Positions 8,439 to 16,950 of a DNA stretch of 64,000 bases are shown here, piece by piece (position 1 is the stretch's first letter; each line of letters opens with the position of its first letter). Made by a program: the position numbers and the translations under genes. The notes under the pieces were generated by a model. The model saw only the letters and a list, made by a program, of their open reading frames with translations. It did no database searches and was not told the DNA's origin. Source of the stretch: an uncultured Candidatus Saccharibacteria bacterium (GTDB lineage Bacteria; Patescibacteriota; Minisyncoccia; Phycocordibacterales; UBA2100). The stretch covers positions 11,373 through 75,372 of the forward strand of contig CAZWFX010000002.1 in assembly GCA_964633425.1 (NCBI GenBank). The letters run 5' to 3'.

Positions 8439-9175
8439 AGCCCGAAAATTCGGGTACGTTTGATCGAAAACGCGAGCACGGGGATCTTGAGTCGCTTCCC
8501 CGCATCCTGCACGATCGAGCGAATATAGGTACCGCCGGTCACCCGCGCGCGATAGCGTGCGACCGTATAGACGCCGTCAGGAAAATCAGCCCACGACGCG
8601 CGCACCAAGTGCTCACGAAAATCATTTTCGGCCGGACCATGCTCGTCATACCGCAGCAAACGCGTTCGCTCGGTCACATCGGAACGAATAACGGTGCCGG
8701 TCATCGTGCGCGCACCGATAAATGCGACAGACTGTACCGTCATGTCCCGCACCGGTATACGGATGTCGTGCAACCGACCTTCGAGTGCATGCTGAAACAG
8801 CGGTACGCCGTCCACCGTCTTCGATGAGTACGCCGGATACGGGAGCGTGAATGTTCCGGGCTGCACGATCTCGTCGAACGGCACGCCGGGTTGCAACGCC
8901 GCATACGCGGTAATGAGACCGAGCACATCGCCGGTATCGGTCGACGCACCGAACAGGATCTCGAATTCATATTCTTTTTCGAGCCCGGTATACGCATCCT
9001 TGTTCTTGCACTCTTCCCCTATCAGAATCGGCAATAGCCCCGTTGCCATGGGGTCTAACCGCCCGGCGTAGGTCATTTTTTCTCCGGCCAGATCCTTTCG
9101 GGACGCACGTAGTCGCTCCAGCGCCTGCAGGGGTGTTTCTCCCTCCTTTTTATCGATAACAATGCATTTCTCCAC
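8435..9175 (-). CDS. truB: tRNA pseudouridine(55) synthase
   Basis: 246 aa with YAGRLDPMATGLLPIL (catalytic Asp motif) and TruB-like architecture. Confidence 0.85.
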   Translation of the reverse strand: MEKCIVIDKKEGETPLQALERLRASRKDLAGEKMTYAGRLDPMATGLLPILIGEECKNKDAYTGLEKEYEFEILFGASTDTGDVLGLITAYAALQPGVPFDEIVQPGTFTLPYPAYSSKTVDGVPLFQHALEGRLHDIRIPVRDMTVQSVAFIGARTMTGTVIRSDVTERTRLLRYDEHGPAENDFREHLVRASWADFPDGVYTVARYRARVTGGTYIRSIVQDAGKRLKIPVLAFSIKRTRIFGL

Positions 9176-9298
9176 GAAGGGATGGTACAGCCTCTACCGG
9201 GGTGCGAGCAAATGAAGACTTTCATGGGCGCCGGATAGAAAACAAAAGCGGATTTTCCACAATTCCGAGCCTGCGCGCCACACTGTATACTGGCGGCA

Positions 9299-10042
9299 AT
9301 GAAGGACGGCGAGATCAAAAACAAACTGTCGCCGGCACAAGTGAGTGTCATGCTACACCGTGTGACTGAGCCGCCGTATTTCGGTAAATTCTGGGATCAC
9401 TTTGAACCCGGCACCTACCGATGCGCAGCGTGCGAAACAGCACTGTTCTCATCGGACGAAAAGTTTGACTCCAAGACAGGGTGGCCGTCGTTCAAAAAAC
9501 CCATTCACGAGCGTGATCTGCAATTCAAAAGCGAGGCGGGACCTGACGACAAGGTGGAGCTTCGATGCAAAAAATGCAAAGGTCATTTGGGATACGTGAT
9601 TTCGGGAGAAACCCCGTACTACCGCATCAATTCGGTCTGTCTGCAATTTGAACCGCGAGAAGTTCCGCCACCCGCAGTTGCCGTCGCCGCAGTCGAAGAA
9701 AAACCCGCTGCCGAAAAAAAGACAGTTATTCCCGCACCCGTCATGCTAGAGGTCGAGCCGGGAGAGGTTAGCGCGTCATGGAGCACGTCGTCACTGATCG
9801 TCACGCTGCTTGTCGGACTGATAGCCGGCGCGCTCGGTATGCAACTCTACCTGTCGAAGAGTATGCCCGGACCCGCAGGACAAAACGCAACATCAACCCT
9901 TGAGGCCGCCACATCGACAACCGAAAGCGAGCCGCAGCCGGAGGAACAACCGCAACCGGTATCGAAACAACGAGAGGAACCGCCGCAGGAACCGGCCTCC
10001 GAGGCACCGGCAGCGGAAACCGCCGCGACGAGTACACAATAG
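9299..10042 (+). CDS. MsrB/SelR-like domain fused to a TM helix and an acidic Pro/Glu-rich tail; canonical catalytic Cys absent
   Basis: Zn CxxC pairs (CAAC, CKKC) and GWPSF are present. The motif RYC(I/V)NS reads YYRINS and HLGHVF reads HLGYVI. TM helix LIVTLLVGLIAGALGMQLYL. Confidence 0.8.
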   Translation: MKDGEIKNKLSPAQVSVMLHRVTEPPYFGKFWDHFEPGTYRCAACETALFSSDEKFDSKTGWPSFKKPIHERDLQFKSEAGPDDKVELRCKKCKGHLGYVISGETPYYRINSVCLQFEPREVPPPAVAVAAVEEKPAAEKKTVIPAPVMLEVEPGEVSASWSTSSLIVTLLVGLIAGALGMQLYLSKSMPGPAGQNATSTLEAATSTTESEPQPEEQPQPVSKQREEPPQEPASEAPAAETAATSTQ

Positions 10043-10098
10043 AAAAAGGGCGCTATCGAGCGCCCTTTCTGCTATAGTGGCCGTCCCCAAGCGCTCGT

Positions 10099-12144
10099 AT
10101 GAACCCCACGGCCTCGATATTCAGCGGCTTGATCCCGACCCGGGCAGAATTAGGACGCTGGAGCATCACCTTTCTCGCGTTTCTCCTTACGGCGAAGCTT
10201 GGACAATTTTTATACACCGGACTGGACACGGCACCAGCATTCATCTGGCCGCCGTACGGCATTGCGCTTGCCGCCGTCTTTCTGTGGGGAAACCGCATGA
10301 CCTCCGCCGTTATGGTCGGCGCATTCGTGGCAATCGCGAGCAACGGATCTCCGTGGCCACTAATCATTGCCTCCACCCTGGGAAACCCCGCACAAGCGCT
10401 CATCGGCGCCTATCTGTTCCGACTCTTCGGGTTCCGACCCGACTTCTCGCGTCTGCGAGATACCCTGCTTTTGTTCGGCGTCTCGCTCGCCACAACGACC
10501 ATCGTGCCGACCTTTTCACTCATATCGCGCGGATTGTTCGGCCCTGCGATCGAAAACCCCGGCGAGATGTGGCGCATCGTGTGGGCAGGAGGCATCTTGA
10601 GTGTCTTGGTCATGACCCCGCTCATTACGGGATTCATGCAGCAGCGCTCGATTAACCGTGAACGCCTGACCGAAAATTCCATCGCATTGCTGCTTGTCGC
10701 AGCGATAACGTATCTGCTTTTCTGGACGAAGATCGGCGTGTTCGGCGGCATACCGCTCGTGTACTTCTTACTTGTCCCGTTTTTTTGGATAGCGCTCCGA
10801 TTCTCACCGCGATCCACCGCATTTGCTCTGTTCGTTACCTCGACAATCGCAATATCCGGAGCGGTCACACACGTGCCCGACGGAACGCATGCAGGCCAGT
10901 GGCTCTTCCAGACGGAGCTCTTGCTTGAAATATTTGCGGTCATATTTCTTATCATCTGCTCTGCAATTGAAGACCGACGGACAGCGACGGAAGAGCTCCG
11001 CGCACACGTGGACCAGCTTGAGAATGCCGTTACACAGATCAGCGAGCAGGACTCGGCAAAAAGCGACTTCCTCGCGATACTCGCGCACGAACTCCGAAAT
11101 CCGCTCGCACCCGTCCTGAGCACGCTTGAGCTGTTGCGGATGCGCCGCACCCCGGACGATGAAGAGACCAAGCTTGTCGCAGGCGCAGAGCAGCGACTGC
11201 ACATGATGGGACGACTGCTCGACGATCTGTTGGATATGTCCCGCGTGTCAGAAAAACGACTCAAACTCCAAAAGGAATACGTGAGCCTGCGTGCACTCGC
11301 CCAGCGATCCGTCGAGAGTTCCGAACCGATGATGGATAAGTTCAGTCACACGCTCACCGTATCGCTCCCGACAAACGACGCGACTCTGTTCGCGGATCCG
11401 CTCCGAATCGAACAGGTCCTCGTGAATGTCCTCAATAACGCGGCAAAGTACACACCACCCGGAGGCGCTGTTGAGTTCAAGGCTGAGACGCACGGCTCCC
11501 GTGCAATTATCACGATCCGCGACAACGGTACAGGGATCGAACAGAAAATGCTTTCGCGCATCTTTGAACCGTTCATTCAGGTCTCGAACACCAAATACGG
11601 CACGTCCGGTGTCGGCGTAGGCCTCGCACTCGCAAAGGAGCTCGTTGAACTACATGACGGGTCGATCGTTGCTCTGTCTGCCGGCCTCGGCCGAGGGAGC
11701 ACCTTTGTGATCGAATTCCCTATTGTCGCCGCTCCTGCACCTGTCGAAGCGCCCATCGTGCACATTCCCGAACGGTCAACGGGCGCACTCAGTATTCTTA
11801 TTGTTGATGATAACCAGGCGGGGTGCGAGGCGCTCGGCCGCCTGCTTTCCTTCCGTGGACACAAAGCAACACTCGCGTTCACGGGCAACGACGGTATTGT
11901 AAAGGCGCTCGAACACGCTCCCGACGCGATCCTGCTCGACATCGGGCTGCCCGACATGGAAGGCTACGATGTTGCTCGACGCCTACGTTCAGGTGGTTCA
12001 AATGCGTTCATCCTCGCACTCACCGGCTACGGACAGGACGATGACCGCCGCAAGGCACTGGATGCCGGCTGCGATGGACATCTTACGAAGCCCGTGGGAC
12101 TCAGCGATATCGAAGCCGCACTCCGTTCCCGATTCGCTGCCTGA
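10099..12144 (+). CDS. hybrid sensor histidine kinase (MASE1-like membrane domain, HisKA, HATPase, receiver)
   Basis: 681 aa. Multi-TM N-terminus, H-box LAHELRNPLAP, ATPase boxes (DNGTGI, GVGLAL), C-terminal ILIVDDN...LLDIGLPDMEG...LTKP. Confidence 0.85.
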   Translation: MNPTASIFSGLIPTRAELGRWSITFLAFLLTAKLGQFLYTGLDTAPAFIWPPYGIALAAVFLWGNRMTSAVMVGAFVAIASNGSPWPLIIASTLGNPAQALIGAYLFRLFGFRPDFSRLRDTLLLFGVSLATTTIVPTFSLISRGLFGPAIENPGEMWRIVWAGGILSVLVMTPLITGFMQQRSINRERLTENSIALLLVAAITYLLFWTKIGVFGGIPLVYFLLVPFFWIALRFSPRSTAFALFVTSTIAISGAVTHVPDGTHAGQWLFQTELLLEIFAVIFLIICSAIEDRRTATEELRAHVDQLENAVTQISEQDSAKSDFLAILAHELRNPLAPVLSTLELLRMRRTPDDEETKLVAGAEQRLHMMGRLLDDLLDMSRVSEKRLKLQKEYVSLRALAQRSVESSEPMMDKFSHTLTVSLPTNDATLFADPLRIEQVLVNVLNNAAKYTPPGGAVEFKAETHGSRAIITIRDNGTGIEQKMLSRIFEPFIQVSNTKYGTSGVGVGLALAKELVELHDGSIVALSAGLGRGSTFVIEFPIVAAPAPVEAPIVHIPERSTGALSILIVDDNQAGCEALGRLLSFRGHKATLAFTGNDGIVKALEHAPDAILLDIGLPDMEGYDVARRLRSGGSNAFILALTGYGQDDDRRKALDAGCDGHLTKPVGLSDIEAALRSRFAA

Positions 12145-12155
12145 CCCCCCCCAAC

Positions 12156-12190
12156 AAAAAAGGCCCCTCCTTTCGGAGTGGGCCTTTTCG
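12156..12190. terminator. bidirectional terminator between convergent genes
   Basis: aaaaaaggcccctcc-tttc-ggagtgggccttttc (one bulge). Confidence 0.65.
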
Positions 12191-12207
12191 TGTTCCGTGA
12201 GGAACAG

Positions 12208-12462
12208 TTACTTCATGTGAGGCGAAACGAGCTTCGTCATTTCGAACATGGTCACTTCCTTCTTTTTGAAGAGGGGCATGAGCTTGTCGTCTGCGAGGAT
12301 GTTGCGCTTGTTCTGGGGATTCTGAAGGTCGTGCTTCTTGATGTATTCCCAGAGCTTCTTCACGACCTGTGAGCGGGGCATCGGGCCCTTACCCACGACC
12401 GCTTCGAGATCTGCTGAGAGATCCATCGGCTTCAAAAGCGCCGGATTTGCTTTTCGTACCAT
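12208..12462 (-). CDS. SWIB/MDM2-domain protein (84 aa)
   Basis: LSADLEAVVG...PRSQVVKKLWEYIKKHDLQNPQNKRNILADDKLMPLF...VTMFEMTKLVSPH matches the SWIB consensus along its full length. Confidence 0.85.
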   Translation of the reverse strand: MVRKANPALLKPMDLSADLEAVVGKGPMPRSQVVKKLWEYIKKHDLQNPQNKRNILADDKLMPLFKKKEVTMFEMTKLVSPHMK

Positions 12463-12611
12463 ATAAAAGGCAATTTACTGTCTTAAGCGTCTAAGTAATG
12501 TGTGAACGTTTCGACGCGCCAATTATATACCAGCATAGGGCCGTTGTCCCCCTAGCTAGGGATAACCTATATTTGCCCACATTAACTACGCGGAGGCAAG
12601 TTTCGCAGTAG

Positions 12612-13052
12612 CTACCACGCGTAACCCCAGTTGCTGCCGTAATTGTAGTTGTAGTTATAGTTGTATGAGCCGTAATTATAGCCGTAGTGCAGAGCGGGAT
12701 AGTAATAGGTTTGCTGAGGATAGTAATACTGATAGGACGGATAGTAGGAATTTTGGCTATACGAATTGTAGTAGTGCGATGGCTGCTGGTAGCCGGACTG
12801 CATAGGCTGCTGGTAGGAGGAGCATGGATTGTATGAGTAGTAGTCTCCACCCTGCCCCGTGCACCAATACAGATACTGCTGCGGCTGCTGGTACCCGGAA
12901 TTCCCGTATGGCATCGAATATGAGCCGTTGTAGTTATAGTTTGCATTGTAGTTGTAACTTTGCGCGAATGTGACCGTTACCGGTATTGCAGCGATCATGA
13001 GGCCCGCCATCATTGTGAGCAGAATGTTCAATTGGCCGCGAATGGAAAACAT
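12612..13052 (-). CDS. secreted Tyr/Asn/Gln/Ser-rich low-complexity protein
   Basis: The ORF is open to 13115, but that start overlaps the amtB stop. MFSIRGQLNILLTMMAGLMIAAIPVTVTFAQS looks like a signal peptide. The mature part is dominated by Y, N, Q, S, G, P (YNYNANYNYN..., YNYNYNYNYG). The start codon is uncertain. Confidence 0.6.
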   Translation of the reverse strand: MFSIRGQLNILLTMMAGLMIAAIPVTVTFAQSYNYNANYNYNGSYSMPYGNSGYQQPQQYLYWCTGQGGDYYSYNPCSSYQQPMQSGYQQPSHYYNSYSQNSYYPSYQYYYPQQTYYYPALHYGYNYGSYNYNYNYNYGSNWGYAW

Positions 13053-13114
13053 AAGCAAACAGCCTACCCAAGGTAGGCTGTAGCTTTGATGAAGATGAGG
13101 CGTTGATTCCTTCA

Positions 13115-14479
13115 CTACATGCGATACGCAGGCTCTCCATGCACCGATGTATCGAGTCCTTCAGCCTCTTCAGCATCCGTTACGCGAAGCGGCATGATTG
13201 CCGATATGACTTTCAATATGACCCACGTCGCGGCAAATGAATACAGGCCGACAGCGGCGACCGCGAACAACTGAATACCCAACTGGCCGGGATTACCGAA
13301 CAACAAACCGTTATTCCCTGCCGCATTAATCGCCTTCTCCGCAAAGACTCCCGTGAGCACCGCACCCGTAAGACCGCCGATGCCGTGACCTGCCCACACA
13401 TCGAGTGAGTCATCAATAGCAATGGAGCGGCCGCGAATATGGACCGCTGCATACGTTACCGCGCCGCCGATCAGACCGATCGCGAGGGCGGAAACCGGTC
13501 CGACAAAGCCTGAAGCAGGGGTGATGGCTACTAAGCCGCATACCGAACCGATCGCTGCGGCAATAGCTGAAGGCTTTCGGCTTTCGGCGTACGAGAGTGC
13601 AACCCACACGAGCGCTGCCGCGGCCGCGGCCGTATTCGTGACTACGAAGGCACTTGCAGCAAGTGCGCCGGAGGCAAGAGCCGACCCCGCATTAAAGCCG
13701 AACCATCCGAACCACAAGAGCGCTGCGCCGAGAATGACGAACGGAACATTGTTCGCAGCGGAAGCCGGGGTCGATTGATGCAACCGACGGCCAACAAGCA
13801 TGGCGGCAGCAAGGGCTGAGAAACCTGCTGTCATGTGCACGACGGTGCCGCCCGCGAAGTCGAGCGCACCGATGGCGTGTAGCCACCCGTTCGGCGACCA
13901 TACCCAGTGTGCGACCGGATCGTATACAAGCGTCGCCCATAACAGCGTGAACACGACGAGCGCGCGGAATTTAATACGTTCAACGAAGGCGCCGATTATG
14001 AGTGCCGGTGTGATGATGGCGAACATCGCCTGAAAGATCATGAATACCAGCGCCGGGACCGTTGCTGCGTAATTCGTATCAGGTGCAAATCCCACGCCAC
14101 GCAGGCCGAAATTGGCAAGTGTACCGATAATCCCATTGCCCGCGTCGGGACCGAATGCAAGGGAGTATCCGAACAGAACCCACTGCACCGATATGAGCGC
14201 GAGAATGATCATGGACTGCTTAATGACGGAGACGACGTTTTTCGCGGACACCATGCCGCCGTAGAAAAAACCGACTGCCGGCGTCATGAGCATCACGAGC
14301 GCAGATGATGCAAGCAACCATGCCGTGTCCCCGGAACTTATCGCCGACGCGTCATATTCGCCGGCGGATGCGCCGGCAAAGAATACTGATGCATACCCGA
14401 CAATGACGCCGATCAGTGACCACAACGTAAGATGCAGATAAAACCGAGACCGCGCATGAGGAGCTAGAAGCTGTTCCAT
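13115..14479 (-). CDS. amtB: ammonium transporter
   Basis: 454 aa, about 11 TM segments, Amt signatures (DFAGGTVVHMTAGFSALAAAMLVGRR, WFGWFGFNAGS). Confidence 0.9.
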   Translation of the reverse strand: MEQLLAPHARSRFYLHLTLWSLIGVIVGYASVFFAGASAGEYDASAISSGDTAWLLASSALVMLMTPAVGFFYGGMVSAKNVVSVIKQSMIILALISVQWVLFGYSLAFGPDAGNGIIGTLANFGLRGVGFAPDTNYAATVPALVFMIFQAMFAIITPALIIGAFVERIKFRALVVFTLLWATLVYDPVAHWVWSPNGWLHAIGALDFAGGTVVHMTAGFSALAAAMLVGRRLHQSTPASAANNVPFVILGAALLWFGWFGFNAGSALASGALAASAFVVTNTAAAAAALVWVALSYAESRKPSAIAAAIGSVCGLVAITPASGFVGPVSALAIGLIGGAVTYAAVHIRGRSIAIDDSLDVWAGHGIGGLTGAVLTGVFAEKAINAAGNNGLLFGNPGQLGIQLFAVAAVGLYSFAATWVILKVISAIMPLRVTDAEEAEGLDTSVHGEPAYRM

Positions 14480-15888
14480 AGCAATTGATTCGTTATCTCG
14501 TGGTGATAAATGACCTCGGTACGCTTTACGGTCGTGCCAAGCTCTTTGGGCGACCGGTCGGCCGCCATCTGCTTATAGCGGATAAACTTTTCCTTACTTT
14601 CCTCACCCATGACATCGGTCATAAACTTGCTCGATTTCATGTTTGCGATCGCGTCGTAGATGTTGTCGGGCAAAAATCGAAGACGGTCGCGTTTATTTTC
14701 GTCTTTCTTGAGCTTTGTACCCTCCATGCCGGTCTTTATGAGCGTATAGAGCACCAGATACGGATTAGCATCAGGTGCGACCGATCGCACTTCTAGTCTC
14801 GCGGTGCGTTCATTGCCGACAGGAATACGGACCATTGATCCTCGATCAATCGCAGAAACCTTGATCTGATTTGGCGCCTCAAAATGAGGATCCAGACGGC
14901 GGTAGCTGTTGACCGATGAATTCAATACGAGGCATATTTCCGGCGCGTGATTCAGGATCTTCAAGATAAAGTCCCACGCTATATTGGATAGCCCCTCCTC
15001 GCCCTTCGGGTCGAAGAAAATATTCTTACCGTTCTTGCTCAGCGAGAAGTTCGTATGCATCCCTGATCCGTTAATACCCATGAACGGCTTCGGAAGAAAC
15101 GTCGCGGTCATACCCATATTCCGTGCGACCTGACGGGCGATCAGTTTGTACAACTGTATGTTGTCAGCCGATCGCACCACGTCGGCGTACGAGAAATTCA
15201 TCTCGAACTGAGACGGTGCGACTTCGGGGTGGTCCTTTTCGTTCTTGAATCCCATGGCTCGCTGCGCTTCTGCCGCAGCATCGATGAATTGGCGAAGCGG
15301 ATCCATGGGGAGCGAATGGTAGTACCCCCCGGAAGAAATAAGCTTGAACCCCTCCGTCACATCAAAGTTTTGTTCGGCGTTCACGCCGTCAACAACGAAC
15401 CCTTCGATTTCGGGAGCAGCATAGGCGGTTACACCATCCCGCTTCTTGAGCTCGCGCGTGTATGCCTTCAACCTACCTCGGAAATCGGAAAAATACGGAG
15501 TTCGGTCCCGGTTCAGGACGGACGCAAAAAAGATAACCTTGCCCGGACCGAATACGTCCGACGGCATCCACCGGATACTGGACCAATCAACCTCGAGACG
15601 CAGGTCACTCTCGTGTTGGGGTGTAAAACCCCGTATCGATGATCCGTCGAAGGTCAGGTTTGAAAGGGAGTCCAGGAGAAATTTCTTATCGTAGTCCAAC
15701 ATGTGGAGTCGGCCTTCGATATCTGAAAAGCAGATCGTTACCGCTTTGATACGCTTTTCTTTTGCTAAGTACTCGGTGTACTCCTTTTCGAGCTGCTTAT
15801 CGCTCTTTTTTTCAGCATCATCCTTCGCCTTGAGGTTCAGTTCCTCCAGTTTGGCATAGGGAATCTCCAAATAATCCTTAAGTTCCAT
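14464..15888 (-). CDS. glnA: glutamine synthetase (type I-like)
   Basis: 474 aa: FDGSSIRGF, KPFMGINGSGMHTNFSL, NSYRRL. It overlaps the amtB start by 16 nt. Confidence 0.9.
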   Translation of the reverse strand: MELKDYLEIPYAKLEELNLKAKDDAEKKSDKQLEKEYTEYLAKEKRIKAVTICFSDIEGRLHMLDYDKKFLLDSLSNLTFDGSSIRGFTPQHESDLRLEVDWSSIRWMPSDVFGPGKVIFFASVLNRDRTPYFSDFRGRLKAYTRELKKRDGVTAYAAPEIEGFVVDGVNAEQNFDVTEGFKLISSGGYYHSLPMDPLRQFIDAAAEAQRAMGFKNEKDHPEVAPSQFEMNFSYADVVRSADNIQLYKLIARQVARNMGMTATFLPKPFMGINGSGMHTNFSLSKNGKNIFFDPKGEEGLSNIAWDFILKILNHAPEICLVLNSSVNSYRRLDPHFEAPNQIKVSAIDRGSMVRIPVGNERTARLEVRSVAPDANPYLVLYTLIKTGMEGTKLKKDENKRDRLRFLPDNIYDAIANMKSSKFMTDVMGEESKEKFIRYKQMAADRSPKELGTTVKRTEVIYHHEITNQLLWNSF

Positions 15889-16000
15889 AGTTTAATATTA
15901 ATTTACGCACTATTTATAATAAGTGAGAGTCTTTTTGCACTATACATATCAAAAAAGCCCGCTATTGAAGCGGACTGTGGACAGTGTGTGGAAAAGTCAG

Positions 16001-16201
16001 CTACTGATGTGTTCCGTCTCTGTCGATCGAGAGGGTTCCCCGCTCATTAAGATATACAGCGCTCCCGACAGATGCCACGTTCGGCTCAAGAAACGGATGT
16101 GCCGATGCCTGGCGCTCCGCCGGCTGCATAAAACTGACAAAACTGATGCACAGTACAAGAAAAATGATACCGATCGTCCCGCTCATGATGTTGCCGTCCA
16201 T
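16001..16201 (-). CDS. possible small membrane-anchored protein
   Basis: One TM helix (GTIGIIFLVLCISFVSF). No convincing SD. A weak hairpin with a T-run lies downstream at about 15955-15985. Confidence 0.3.
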   Translation of the reverse strand: MDGNIMSGTIGIIFLVLCISFVSFMQPAERQASAHPFLEPNVASVGSAVYLNERGTLSIDRDGTHQ

Positions 16202-16263
16202 GGTACCTAGTGTACCACTGCTATCCCCGCTCGTGTCGCGTGGCCACACTGTACACTGCAGCT

Positions 16264-16482
16264 ATGCGGATCCTGAAACATGTACTCGGCGTCATACTCA
16301 TCATTATCGGATTCGTCGCACTGGTTACCCCGCTGACCCCGGGAGCGTGGCTCATGTTCGTCGGGCTCGAACTCATAGGAGTCCGACTTACGATCTGGGA
16401 TCGGCTCAAGGCGCGCATCAATGCGTGGCGAGGCGTTCATCCGAACGACACACACGTACCGGATACTGAACAAAAAAAGTAG
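16264..16482 (+). CDS. small membrane protein, PGPGW-like (72 aa)
   Basis: MRILKHVLGVILIIIGFVALVTPLTPGAWLMFVGLELIG has two TM segments around a P-G-(A)-W turn. Confidence 0.5.
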   Translation: MRILKHVLGVILIIIGFVALVTPLTPGAWLMFVGLELIGVRLTIWDRLKARINAWRGVHPNDTHVPDTEQKK

Positions 16483-16506
16483 CATTACAACTAAAACGAT
16501 CAATAT

Positions 16507-16884
16507 ATGTTGGATCATGTAGGTGTTTACATAACGGATATCGAAGCCGCGAAGAACTTTTATACAGCCGCACTGAAGCCGCTCGGATATGAATTATTGA
16601 GTGAATTCCCTGAGTGGTCGGTGATCGGTCTCGGCAAAGGCGGAGTATCTGACGTATGGTTCTCTCAACGTGAGGCCGTGCACAATGTGCACATCGCGAT
16701 CGCTGCGGAGAGCAGGGATGCAGTCATCGCATTCCATCAGGCAGCACTCGCTTCCGGCGCCACCGATAACGGCGCACCCGGATATCGCACAGAGTATTCA
16801 CCAGGATACTTCGCAGCCTTTGTTACCGACCCCTTCGGGAATAATCTTGAAGCCGTCTTTCACGACCCGTCGCCTTCGCAATAA
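16507..16884 (+). CDS. VOC (glyoxalase/bleomycin-resistance/dioxygenase) family protein
   Basis: 125 aa: MLDHVGVYITDIEAAKNFY..., HIAIAA..., DPFGNNLEAV. Confidence 0.85.
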   Translation: MLDHVGVYITDIEAAKNFYTAALKPLGYELLSEFPEWSVIGLGKGGVSDVWFSQREAVHNVHIAIAAESRDAVIAFHQAALASGATDNGAPGYRTEYSPGYFAAFVTDPFGNNLEAVFHDPSPSQ

Positions 16885-16950
16885 GGCCCTGTAGGGCCAC
16901 GGCGGCGTCTTCATGATGTCTTCATTCGCGGGCAGTAGACTGCTCGGTTA

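Noticed and set aside
12550-12561. Perfect 12-bp palindrome ccctagctaggg ~90 nt upstream of the SWIB gene
   Set aside because: This is a single short palindrome with no second copy in the window. It could be an operator, but that cannot be distinguished from chance by eye.
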